Source of the DNA: Massalongia carnosa
Lineage: Eukaryota
NCBI GenBank assembly: GCA_965645245.1
Contig: OZ287080.1
Location: forward strand, 620,001 to 684,000
Length of the DNA stretch: 64,000 bases
Direction: 5' to 3'
Part shown: positions 1 to 10,600 of the stretch, piece by piece
How the letters are laid out: each line of letters begins with the position of its first letter
Numbering within the stretch: the stretch's first letter is position 1
Notes under the pieces: model-generated
The model's input: only the letters and a program-made list of their open reading frames with translations
Database searches by the model: none
What the model was told of the DNA's origin: nothing
Position numbers and translations under genes: made by a program

Positions 1-269
1 TCTCGCCCCATAACAGCCCGCTTGAGAGCGGCCTCATTGTCTTTCCGTCGCTGGATTGCCTCTTTGCTTAGATTGTTGAACTGCGCGACTTTCCCCTGAA
101 CATCCGATGATGTCCTAGTATGAATCATGGTAAAAGGGTCACGAAGGTGCGCAAGCTCTGAAGGTAGAGAGGAGGATTGCGGAAGAATAGGCTGTCGATT
201 TGCCCGCTCTGGGGAGACGGTGAAGAGTGGTGTGCCTGGAGAGGCGGGGAAGCTGAATTTTGGATCCAT
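1..269 (-). CDS. 5' part of an uncharacterised fungal coiled-coil protein (runs off the window)
   Basis: ATG at 269 opens a stop-free frame to base 1: MDPKFSFPASPGTPLFTVSPERANRQP...SDVQGKVAQFNNLSKEAIQRRKDNEAALKRAVMGRE. Absent from the ORF track because there is no stop in the window. Confidence 0.7.
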   Translation of the reverse strand, partial: MDPKFSFPASPGTPLFTVSPERANRQPILPQSSSLPSELAHLRDPFTMIHTRTSSDVQGKVAQFNNLSKEAIQRRKDNEAALKRAVMGR

Positions 270-898
270 GCAGTTCAAGCTACCATTTCGAACATGGAAA
301 TTCACAAGGTATATACTTGTAGAGTTTTTGGAGAGGCAATATATACGATGCAGCTTCCCACACATGGCCGGAGAAAAGGTCTTGTTGACGCGCTTGGCGC
401 TAGCGATTGCACGTAGCAACCATCACGTGATCGTTAGGCTATGTTGACATTGTTCGTGTTAGGTACTCGTATTTGATCAGGCTCCATGAGACAGATTTGT
501 TGGGCCAGCTTTATAAGTAGCAATCAAAAAGATAACTGCATAAGATTGCGCACACAACATTAATATCACTATAGCTTATTGAAATCATCGCCAGTGCCTA
601 TAGCTAAGCACATGCACGTAGTTATTGTGATATTATAACAATATCCATCTCAATGTCTCCACTATATCGATTTTGTCAACATTAAACGTATCATTCTCTG
701 ACCTGCCTCCTTTACTTCTCCAATTATATTGTGTGGGCACTTATAGTGCGATAGTTCTAAAGATTTCTCTGGAAACGTTGGGGGTGGATCCATTGCTGGT
801 TATTGGTTCTCGACATGTTTGAACCCTTTTTGAGTATTTTTGTTCAGCTCGAACCCCCGCTCAAGTCTCGCCTATAACTTGCAGTTGCTGTTCTATTC

Positions 899-2857
899 CT
901 ACGAATTCTTCGCTTTCCTTGGGAGGCTTGGTCTAGGGCCCGAAGGCTTCTTCACTAGGTTCTGTCTTGGCCCTTTGTTCCAGCGATTTTCCATGGATTG
1001 GATCTTTCGCCGTTTATGAGGTGGGGTTGTTTCTTGATTTTCCTTCGTATTGTTCCTCTTGAGACTTCCCCCTTTCTGATTCATCAAAGACTTGGCTTTA
1101 AGCTTGAAATCTTGGCTAAGAGCTTCCGAAATTTCGTCGTTGAGCTGCCACATAACTTGCCTTCCGCTGTTCATATCGTTTCCTTCACGATCATAGATTT
1201 TTTGCACAAACGCACCCTGGCGAACGAGGTTGTCTATTGCGATAGGACGATAAGGAGCCGGATACCTACGAATATGGCGAGAGAAATCAACAAAATCTCT
1301 CACGTGATATAGCTCCTCAATATTCTCCAGGCTCATAGGGTTCTTGCCGAAAGGCTCCCCGCAGAGGAGGCGGTCTTCGCCTCGAATAGCAAGCGAACGA
1401 CACAATATCGAAAGATCGAGGCAGCGTTCGAGGCAATGGAGATGAACGTACCCGGCGTTGTGCTGAGGATCATGGTTTGGGTGTGAATGGCTTAGCTCAT
1501 CGAATGCCACCCGAACTTTTCCTACTTTGATAACGTTCTTATACTCGGAGCAGGCCTCGAAGCGGCAAATCTCCGCAAGGGGGCCGCTGGCGCGGGAGAG
1601 GCGTGCAGGTGGGGTTCGTTGGATCCAAAGTCTGAGTCCGCCATTGAGGGAGTTAAAGCAGTTTGTGGTCCCATGGAGAGGATGTCGAACGAGATACTGA
1701 GCCATTTCCATTACCGAGTAAGTACGACCGGGCTCAAGTTCTCCGTGAATATTGTACCTGAAGCATTTCCAGTCACGGGGGGCTTTCGATAGCGGCTCAT
1801 AGCTGGTCAACTCTGTCTTGTTGATTGGAACGCTATCATCTGCGTTAAGGGACAAAGTACTATCACTATGTGGATCCGGGTCGAGTGACAAAGTAGAGTT
1901 CTCGCTGGTAGACGTTTCGCCTGATGGCGTTTGCTCTTCAAACGACGTTGGGCTGTTTTCCTCCAAGTTTGATTCAATCGGCCGATTTGGATAAGGAGAA
2001 ATGGGTAATTTTTGCATCCTATAGGATTGAGGATAAACCATTTGCACCTGATTAGGTTGAGGATACTGCATTCCGTACTGCTCATACCTAAATTGAGGAT
2101 ACTGAGATAAGTGTTGTACAGGGTTGGGTTGAAGATATGTAGGTACGCATTGGCTATGTTTTGGGTGTAGAGACGGAAATGGGTGATGCACATGATTGGG
2201 TTGAAGATACGTAGGTTGATTTGGGTGCGGGTACAGATATGGGTGTTGCAGATGATTGAGTTGAGGGTACGAAGAGAAATCTTGTGGAGTGGGAATGACA
2301 TAATTCAGTTTCCCTGGAAGCGGGTTTATCTGGGACGGTTCCTGGAACCGTATATGCTGTGTCAGGTCAGGGCTATTACCTTTAAGTCTTTCTTGAGGGG
2401 CGGGATTTCGGCTTGGTATCGCGGCATCTCTGATACCTACGCCCGCTTGGGCCTGAGATAGGTCAGTGTCATCCACGGACGGGAACTGAGAGTTATACTC
2501 TGGATGATTTTTGTTGTCGATGGAAGGGTTTTCTTCTGGTTGTAAGGGAGGGCAAATTGATTCCCAAGTTCCTTCAGGGTTTACAGATCGACACCCTGTC
2601 ATCGGGTCAGATATATCTAGTTGTGACGGCACTGAATGGATAGACTCCATTAAGAGGAATTTAGGGGAAGCATTTAGTATTGTGAATAGTTGCTCAGGGT
2701 TATTAGAAATAGCTGCCGCCTCTTCTAATAAAGTTGTCGAAAGGTCCGATGGAAGGGGAAAGACAGGCTCAGTCATATTTGAAATGAAGTCGTCGACTGC
2801 CAAAGCAAAGGCCACATCATCTTCTGTCATATCCGTAGGTATTGAGGCGTCTACCAT
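899..2857 (-). CDS. Uncharacterised 652-aa protein with acidic N-terminus, Q/P/Y/H-rich repeats, Cys/His domain and basic C-terminus
   Basis: Long intronless ORF. Globular segment with LRLWIQRTP, CRFEAC, RVAFDE, HDPQHNAGYVHLHCLE; NLS-like HKRRK near the C-terminus. Confidence 0.8.
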   Translation of the reverse strand: MVDASIPTDMTEDDVAFALAVDDFISNMTEPVFPLPSDLSTTLLEEAAAISNNPEQLFTILNASPKFLLMESIHSVPSQLDISDPMTGCRSVNPEGTWESICPPLQPEENPSIDNKNHPEYNSQFPSVDDTDLSQAQAGVGIRDAAIPSRNPAPQERLKGNSPDLTQHIRFQEPSQINPLPGKLNYVIPTPQDFSSYPQLNHLQHPYLYPHPNQPTYLQPNHVHHPFPSLHPKHSQCVPTYLQPNPVQHLSQYPQFRYEQYGMQYPQPNQVQMVYPQSYRMQKLPISPYPNRPIESNLEENSPTSFEEQTPSGETSTSENSTLSLDPDPHSDSTLSLNADDSVPINKTELTSYEPLSKAPRDWKCFRYNIHGELEPGRTYSVMEMAQYLVRHPLHGTTNCFNSLNGGLRLWIQRTPPARLSRASGPLAEICRFEACSEYKNVIKVGKVRVAFDELSHSHPNHDPQHNAGYVHLHCLERCLDLSILCRSLAIRGEDRLLCGEPFGKNPMSLENIEELYHVRDFVDFSRHIRRYPAPYRPIAIDNLVRQGAFVQKIYDREGNDMNSGRQVMWQLNDEISEALSQDFKLKAKSLMNQKGGSLKRNNTKENQETTPPHKRRKIQSMENRWNKGPRQNLVKKPSGPRPSLPRKAKNS

Positions 2858-3843
2858 AGTGCCGAGAGATGTCCGATTTCAGATAGATGGGATATATAGT
2901 ATAGAGAATAGAAACGAAGCAATCTAGGTGACTTGAATGTAAAGAATCTCTTTGAACATTAGAAGACTATATAGATAAAATTCGTTGAACACTTCAACAA
3001 GGAGAATGGTAACAAAGATAGGTTTTTGGAACAAAGGATTGATTTCTCAACAAAGAGTAGTGGTTTCCTCACAAAGGACTGGGCCTCGAACAAAGGAGTA
3101 GAACAACAAGACTCGATTGACTAACATATGAACGATAAAAATCTGTGCGCCGATTATATTGAACTTCGTTATCATAAACAAGACACAGCTCCAAAAAACA
3201 AGTCGAATGTATTCATTCACTTGTTCGATATCGAAAACTCGGCAGATCGTCAACAGAGTTTTTATCCATCTCTCAAGGTCGAGGCTGTGAACCTACATTT
3301 ACAATATATCTTCCTTGGCCTATGTCCTCTCTCTGATGCTAACAAGTTTTATTATATCGAGATCGAGATCGAGATTCAAAGAAAGATGGCGAAGAAAGGC
3401 AGAGAGGACGGACGTCTCAATTATGCGGAGGACCGATGATAACAACAAATGCCATTTCTAAATAACTTATTACTATTAAGTATCAGCAATGCTAAAAAAC
3501 AAGCGGCAGACGTGGACAGAATAATAAGGTAAGAATCCAGATCAGAAGGTCTCCAAGCGATCTCCACACAAGATTTCAGAACAGGTCTGTGATATAACTA
3601 AATTGTTGTTTTCATCATAGGAGGATTAAAATTGCAGCACACTTGATTGCCATTCGCTAACATTGACTAGATGTAGTGAGTAGCAAGAGCATAGAATCTA
3701 GAACATACCTTATAGGAACAACGCAATTGATGAGATGGATGTGTAGGTTAAGAACACGACAAGAGAACGTCTAACCGAGGATAGTTAATCGTGTCAAGAA
3801 ACTAGTAGTTAATCTAGTAGCCGACTCGCTTCGATTACTATTA

Positions 3844-5146
3844 TGGTAGGTCGTTAGTGTCCGGATAGGCGAATTTAAACGAATTTCATAGCAGTATGAA
3901 TTATCTATTGTTGCTGTTACAAAATCAACGTTTCAGTAAAATGATGCGATTATTTGTTTACATATAACTGATATTTAGTATAACCTCCATTTGCATTCAG
4001 GACTGCTTGCACTCGACGAGGCATTGACCGCATTAAACTTTCCAAAAACGCCTCCGTTATGTAGTCCCATGCCTCCAAGACAGCATTAACAATGGCCTCT
4101 TGAATTTTTGGGGCACTTGCTGATAGAATGCGTAATTCGGGGTGTCTTCTAAAGACTATGTTCTTCAACTTCTTCCATACCATCTCGATGGGGTTCAAAT
4201 CGGGGGAGTACGCCGGCCAATCCATGACCGTGTACCCCTTTTCTTTGAACCAGTCCATTGTCTCTCGAATTTTGTGTGTTTTAGCTTCATCTTGCATGAA
4301 AACAATGCCCGAATCGTCATTGAGCATGGTAGGAAGATGTTCTTTATAAGCATCGAGTATAATTAACCCTGTGATACCTTTCTTTCCCGTACGATCTGGA
4401 TCGGGCTCCAACGAGGTCTAACCACCCCGTCGATTGCCTGTAAAGCAGCCCCAGAACATCTTTGTGACTATCGATCCATTGTTGACTGGTTCGAAGCATT
4501 CTTGATCCCATTTCTCATTTGGAAGTCGAAAAACCCACACGTTCTCACTCCCATCCTGTTTGCAAACTGACATCTCATCAGACCAACACACTTGAGCCTA
4601 CTCATCCTCCAAAACATCCTCATATTGACGTGCCCAGCCCAGCCGATCAGCAATATAAGCTTCCGTTAACATCGTACGATTAGCTGCGCGCCATTTGCGA
4701 ACGTTTTGATCTCGAAGACGTCGTTTCATGGTGGTTCGAGAAACATCGGGCATAATGTTAGCTTGCAACTCCTCCAGAGGCTGTCGACGACCCCTTGACC
4801 CCGATTTAATCGCTGCTCGTATCAAATAACGATCTTCTCATGCTGTGGTTATTTTGGGCTGACCAGATCGTACTTACGATTTGTAGTCGTCGCGTGTTGT
4901 AGCCTTCTTCAAAGTGTCTCCTATGGTGGAACGACCCCATTGCGGAAACTTTTCGTGTATAGTACTAACGGAGGCGCCGGCGAGGCCCATACCATACATT
5001 TCAGCTCTGATTATGACGGGCACATCTTTGCGCGTAGTTTTGGGCTGTTCAGAGCTACGTGGTGGTGGCATGATGGATTGAAAGGTGGTTGTTTACTTTT
5101 CAAAACTAAAAAAATTCTCGCCTATCCGGACACTTCTGACCCCGCA
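3844..5146 (-). mobile_element. Tc1/mariner-superfamily DNA transposon (DD34E), full length, inactivated
   Basis: Imperfect 28-bp TIRs: left tggtaggtcgttagtgtccggataggcg; right reverse complement tgcggggtcagaagtgtccggataggcg (inner 16 bp identical). TA flanks at 3842-3843 and 5147-5148. Encloses a transposase frame. Confidence 0.93.
3950..5071 (-). pseudogene. Tc1 transposase pseudogene
   Basis: One reading frame from ATG 5071 with HTH region, WSDE, FMQD and SPDLNPIE (34 residues between the second D and E), ending GGYTKY. Four in-frame stops at 4874 (TAA), 4838 (TGA), 4598 (TAG) and 4418 (TAG); no frameshift. Confidence 0.93.
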
Positions 5147-5215
5147 TAAAATAGTTTCGTGACACGATTAATTGGAGTTTGTCTTCAGGTCTCAAACTTA
5201 AATCTACCTTTCACG

Positions 5216-6074
5216 ATGAAACTCATTCTCAACGCCGAGAGCATTAGTTATGAACGCTTCAAAGAGCATCTCCACATGTACGAAAAGTACCTCCCGCCAA
5301 AGGTTAAAGGACTTGAAAAGCTTCGCCTTGAAGAGGTCCCCGGAGTCCTCGAGCAACGGCGCGAAGACGGAAAAGCGTTTCTTGAAAAGACGGAAGTCAC
5401 AAATCTGGTAGAATGGAAGCTGTAAGTGCCATTAACCACTCGTGTCCCACTTTTATTCGAAGACTTAGAATATTGTTTTGACCATTATTGCATCGCGGTG
5501 TAGAAAACATGGCAGATATCGTCCTAACCTCGCAAAGTTAGTAGCAGGGAATAATGCAAATGAAATACGCACCATAACCCACAAAGCCTTTGCAGATTAC
5601 AACGCCGACAACTCTAGGTTCGCGGAATCTGTCACCACCTTGGCTAAGCTGAGAGGTATCGGGCCCGCAACAGCTTCTCTGCTGTTGTCCTGCTACGATC
5701 CTGTAAAGGTTCCTTTCTTCTCTGACGAGCTCTTTCGTTACTTGCAATGGTCGGACGCTAAATCGAAGGGATGGGATCGGAAAATCAATTATAGCATGAA
5801 AGAGTACAAAGACCTGTTTCAAAGGGTGCAGAGGTTACGGGAACGGCTTGAGAAGGAAAGCGGAGAAGTGGTGAAAGCCCTTGACATAGAAAAGTTCGCA
5901 TATGCTTTGGCAAAAGGAGCACAAAAAGATCATGCCGACGAGGTTAGTGACATTGAGGATGAAGCATTGCAACCTCCATCTGCAAAGAAGCAGAGGCGGA
6001 CGTCTCCCGAAATCGACAATAGCCCCGGCACAGTGTCTACGGGAAGGGTCACTAGGATCGCCCACTTACGATGA
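5216..6074 (+). CDS. Helix-hairpin-helix (HhH-GPD/DNA-glycosylase-like) domain protein, 258 aa, probably C-terminally truncated
   Basis: Exons 5216-5421 and 5504-6074 (intron gtaagt...tag). HhH-like motif LAKLRGIGPATASLLLS, plus VEWKLKHGRYRPNL and VPFFSDE. Confidence 0.75.
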
Positions 6075-6431
6075 TTTGGGTTACGAGCTTGATTACGAGT
6101 ACGTCAGGGAATGTTCGGGTCCGCCACAGCGTTTTACCGAAAAGGAGATCGTAGGACTTAACGAGCGGATGGAGAGATGCTATCGAAAAGCGGATATCAT
6201 GCAGGTAGATAAAGAGGAATTCTCGTCCTTGGAGACTGCTTAAGATGAACGTGTGGCGAGAGATTTGGATATTGCGTTCCATGGGGTTGGAATTGAGGAG
6301 TATGAAGAGTGGCATCGAAAGGATTTCTCGTCCAACATGGGGAGTTGGGCAATCCTTCCAGAACAGAGAAGGACATACTTAGCCGGCTTGAAGTTGATTG
6401 CGGTCTGAGGAAGGGATCGAAACACCGTTGA
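6027..6431 (+). pseudogene. Decayed C-terminal domain of the HhH gene
   Basis: Protein-like continuation in shifted frames: AQCLREGSLGSPTYDDLGYELDY...ETA*DERVARDLDIAFHGVGIEEYEEWHR / GFLVQHGELGNPSRTEKDILSRLEVDCGLRKGSKHR*. Requires +1 at the C-run 6023-6026, a stop at 6241 and -1 at the A-run 6318-6320. Confidence 0.65.
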
Positions 6432-7616
6432 ATGGTTCTTGAAATATATTGTTACAGATCGTAGAAGATGTTTTGTCAAGCTGTTAGAGTATCAGATCAC
6501 AATAACCGAGCAGAAGCTTGTCATGAGATATCAGCAGAACGATTCAACAGCACTGTAGATGAGGAACACCGTGTCATCATGGCACAATGATAGTAATATC
6601 TTGTATATACTACGTACTAATAAACTACATTGCCAAAATCATTTGAGTAGAGGATGTGTGTTTTCGGTCTACAGAGATTACACCTCTCATTTCGTGCCGC
6701 TTGAGGACTTGTACCTGAGACTCAACAGGAAGAGAGTCGTCCAGGTCTGATAAAATAAAATTTGTATCAAATTTCAGGGGGAACGCCATTGGGCCGATTG
6801 AATTGATTATGCTAGAAGGAAGAATATTGGAAGTATGAGTTTATTACTGCTTTGGCGTACTCTAAAGATACACACGATGACGTTGCGCTGTCAATCTATC
6901 ATTGTCTTGACGAAATAAGGCTGAAGCTATACTCAAAGACAAAGCTAGAGAATGAATATACATAACTATATCAAGGAGAATAGGAGATAGCTAGGATCAC
7001 ATTCCAAAAGAATACAGCAACGAAGACGGCATTTTCGCTTCTGCGAAGCAGATCTTCCAATAAAATGAATGTACTCAATGCTAACGAATGCAGACTGAGC
7101 GGGGCAAGTGGGACTCATGCGGATTGAAGGATAATTAATTACCTAAAAGCCAATGGGCTATTCAGAAAGGCTTCTTAGAACTTGTGAGGAGCACGAAATA
7201 CTCTGATAAATTTCTAATTTAATTTGCTATTGTGCAAGGTTGAGGAACATCGTGGTACGTAGGTAGGTGACATTTGAGTGTTTAAGTATTAAGATCTTGG
7301 ATGATGTCATATTCAATTTAGGAAACTTTAACTACGAAGTAGTTCTCTAAGTTTAGGGCTCGAGTCCATACCCGTATTCGGACCAAGCCACACCTTAAAT
7401 CCGAAAAAGTGAGCTTTCCTAGCCCTCTATATTCCGTCTTTCGTTTTTTGAAGCCATTGAACGAGGCGCGTGATTTGCCTAGAGCTCAACATGCTTGACA
7501 GACCGCAGATTATCACTAGCTACTTTGTAATGACCATAGGAATCCAGCTTGTAGAAGCGCCTACCAGTTGACTTCACAACGCTCGTTAACCTCCCAAACC
7601 TCACCAGAAAATCATC

Positions 7617-10600
7617 ATGGCTGAGGACAACCCAGAATTGGAGGAGAAGCTTCGAGCGCTGGATCATGAGTTAGAGGAGGGAGACATAACAGAGAAGGGT
7701 TATCAAAAAAGAAGGACCCTCATCCTTTCGCAATTCCTTACGCCAACCCATGCCGAACAAGTTCATAGAGGGTTAAGATTACACAACCCAGAAGACTCAG
7801 CGAACCCGTCTCAGGATGGATCACGATCTGCCTCTTTTGCAGCGCTTACATCGCGTTCCGAAAGTAGCGCACTCTACTCACAGGACGATGTTCGTGCAGG
7901 TCCTGGCAAAGTGCGACAGGTCGCAGAGAACGGGCAGCATCTAACAGAAGGTCCGTCTCCGCATGGTCTGCCTGGGAGATTGCAAGAAAGGGAGCTAGGT
8001 GTGAGGAAACTAAGCCGAGAGTATTCGGCATATAATGAGAGACCACATGGCGACGCATATAGACATGATGTACCTGGAGAGTATTCGTTCAACCAGGATA
8101 GGACAAGGGAGCCCACGATGGCTGACTCCAATTACGCCTTCAACCCGGAAAATGAGGCCCGGTATATGGGACAGGCAACTGGAGGGTACAATTCGCCTAA
8201 CGGCGGAGGGACGAGGCAGTCGACAATGCTGGAGTCCCATCAAAATTACTTCTCAGATTTTGCAGGCCATCAAAGCGAAGGGCAACGGGACAGCTATGGA
8301 GGAGGGCTTCATCGATATTCCACAACTGATACCTTTTCTCCAACAGCCGCCATGGCTCCTCCCATGCTGAGAAACAGCGACTTACCGCCAATTGGCGCCT
8401 TAAGTCATCAAGAGCCTTTGGAGCCACGGGACGTTCCCTTTGCGGCCTATGACCCTCACAACGGAAATATTCCAATGTCTAAGTTTGATAATATCGCTGC
8501 CGTTTTACGCCATCGAGCTCGTACAAACCCCAAACAGCCTGCGTATTGGGTACTGGATCAGAAGGGAAAGGAAATCTCGTCCATCACATGGGAGAAATTT
8601 GCAAGCAGGGCTGAAAAGGTAGCGCAAGTGATCAGGGATAAGAGCAACCTGTACAGTGGAGATAGAGTGGCGTTAATTTATCGAGAGGTTGAGGTTATTG
8701 ATTTTGCGGTTGCGTTCATGGGCTGTTTCATCGCCGGCGTTGTCGCAGTTCCGATTAATTATACCAACAATGATGACTACAACAGACTTAATTTGGTACT
8801 CACGACTACACAGGCACATCTGGCGTTGACAACGGATGCAAATTTGAAGAATTTTCAGCGAGACATAACGGCGAATAAGCTGAATTGGCCCCGAGGCGTG
8901 GAGTGGTGGAAAACCAATGAGTTTGGCAGCCATCATCCAAAGAAAAAAGACGATGCTGCCCCTTTGGTGGTCCCTGACCTGGCTTATATTGAATTCTCAA
9001 GAGCTCCGACAGGGGATCTTCGTGGGGTCGTGATGAGCCACAGGACTATAATGCATCAGACGGCTTGTCTCAGCGCAATCATTGCAACTGTACCTTCCAA
9101 CGGGAATGACACGTTTAACTCAGGACTGCGGGACAAACAGGGTCGTCTTATGGCAGGAGGTGGCGCAGGCGAGATCCTCTTAAGTTACCTGGATCCTCGT
9201 CAAAGCATTGGCTTAATACTTGGACTACTGCTTACCGTCTATGGAGGCCACACCACTGTATGGATGGAAAGCCGAGCAGTAGAGACACCAGGTCTTTATG
9301 CAAACTTGATTACCAAGTATAAAGCTACATTGATGGCAGCGGATTACCCAGGCCTGAAACGTGCTGCTTACAATTATCAAGCAGACCCAATGACTACTCG
9401 CAATTTCAAGAAGAATTTCGAGCCCAATTTCTCCAGCGTAAAATTATGTTTAATTGATACCCTGACCGTCGATAGCGAGTTCCATGAGATTTTGGCTGAT
9501 AGATGGCTGCGGCCTTTGAGAAATCCTAGGGCTAGGGAGCTCGTTGCCCCAATGTTATGTCTTCCTGAGCATGGTGGTATGGTGATCAGTATGCGAGATT
9601 GGTTGGGAGGAGAAGAACGTATGGGGTGCCCTCTGAAGATAATAGGGTCTGATGACGATGATAACGAGGAAGAAAAAAAGGATGAAACACCTGTTGCTCC
9701 GCAGCATGATTATGGGTCTCTTATTGGCGGGGGAACGCTACAACCATCCGATGAAAAGGGGAGGACAGAGCTCAGTGAAGCACTTTTGGATAAAGAATCT
9801 TTGAAGACGAATGAGGTTGTTGTCTTAGCTATGGGGGAAGAAGCAAGACGGAGGGCAGGTAATGAACCAGGTACAGTCCGGGTAGGCGCTTTTGGATATC
9901 CGATACCGGATGCTACACTTGCTATTGTCGACCCTGAAACGTGTCTGCTTTGTTCACCGTTGGTGATTGGAGAGATCTGGGTTGACTCTCCGTCGTTATC
10001 TGGAGGGTTCTGGGCGCTGCCAAAACATACGGAGACCATCTTCCACGCCAGGCCCTATAAATTTCAAGAGGGAAATCCAACGCCAGTGGCAATAGAACCA
10101 GAATTTCTGAGAACAGGCTTGCTCGGATGCATCATCGAAGGTAAAATTTTCGTATTAGGTCTTTATGAGGATCGATTGCGCCAAAAGGTCGAATGGGTGG
10201 AGCATGGTATGGAAGTAGCCGAATATCGATATTTCTTCGTACAGCACTTAATCATCAGTATCATGAAAAATGTACCCAAGATATACGACTGCTCTGCGTT
10301 CGATGTTTTCGTCAATGACGAGCATTTGCCAATCGTCTTACTCGAATCCAATGCCGCTTCTACAGCACCAACTACATCCGGTGGGCCACCGCGGCAGCTT
10401 GATACTGCTCTTTTGGACTCTTTGTCAGAACGTTGTATGGAAGTCCTGTATCAGGAACATCATGTCAGAGTATATTGTGTCATGATAACTGCACCAAACG
10501 TTCTTCCGAGAGTTAACAAGAATGGTCGACAAGAAATAGCCAACATGCTTTGCAGGAAGGAGTTCGATATGGGTACTTTGCCCTGTGTTCATGTTAAGTT

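Noticed and set aside
127..447. Plus-strand ORFs of 106 and 79 aa
   Set aside because: Antisense shadows of the minus-strand gene starting at 269.
3128..3560. 103-aa ORF and intron-like signals left of the Tc1
   Set aside because: No recognisable motif and no consistent exon chain; may be a relic but cannot be supported.
4870..4880. gtaagt on the minus strand as an intron donor in the transposase
   Set aside because: The frame continues unchanged into RSGQPKITT, so this is a point-mutation stop.
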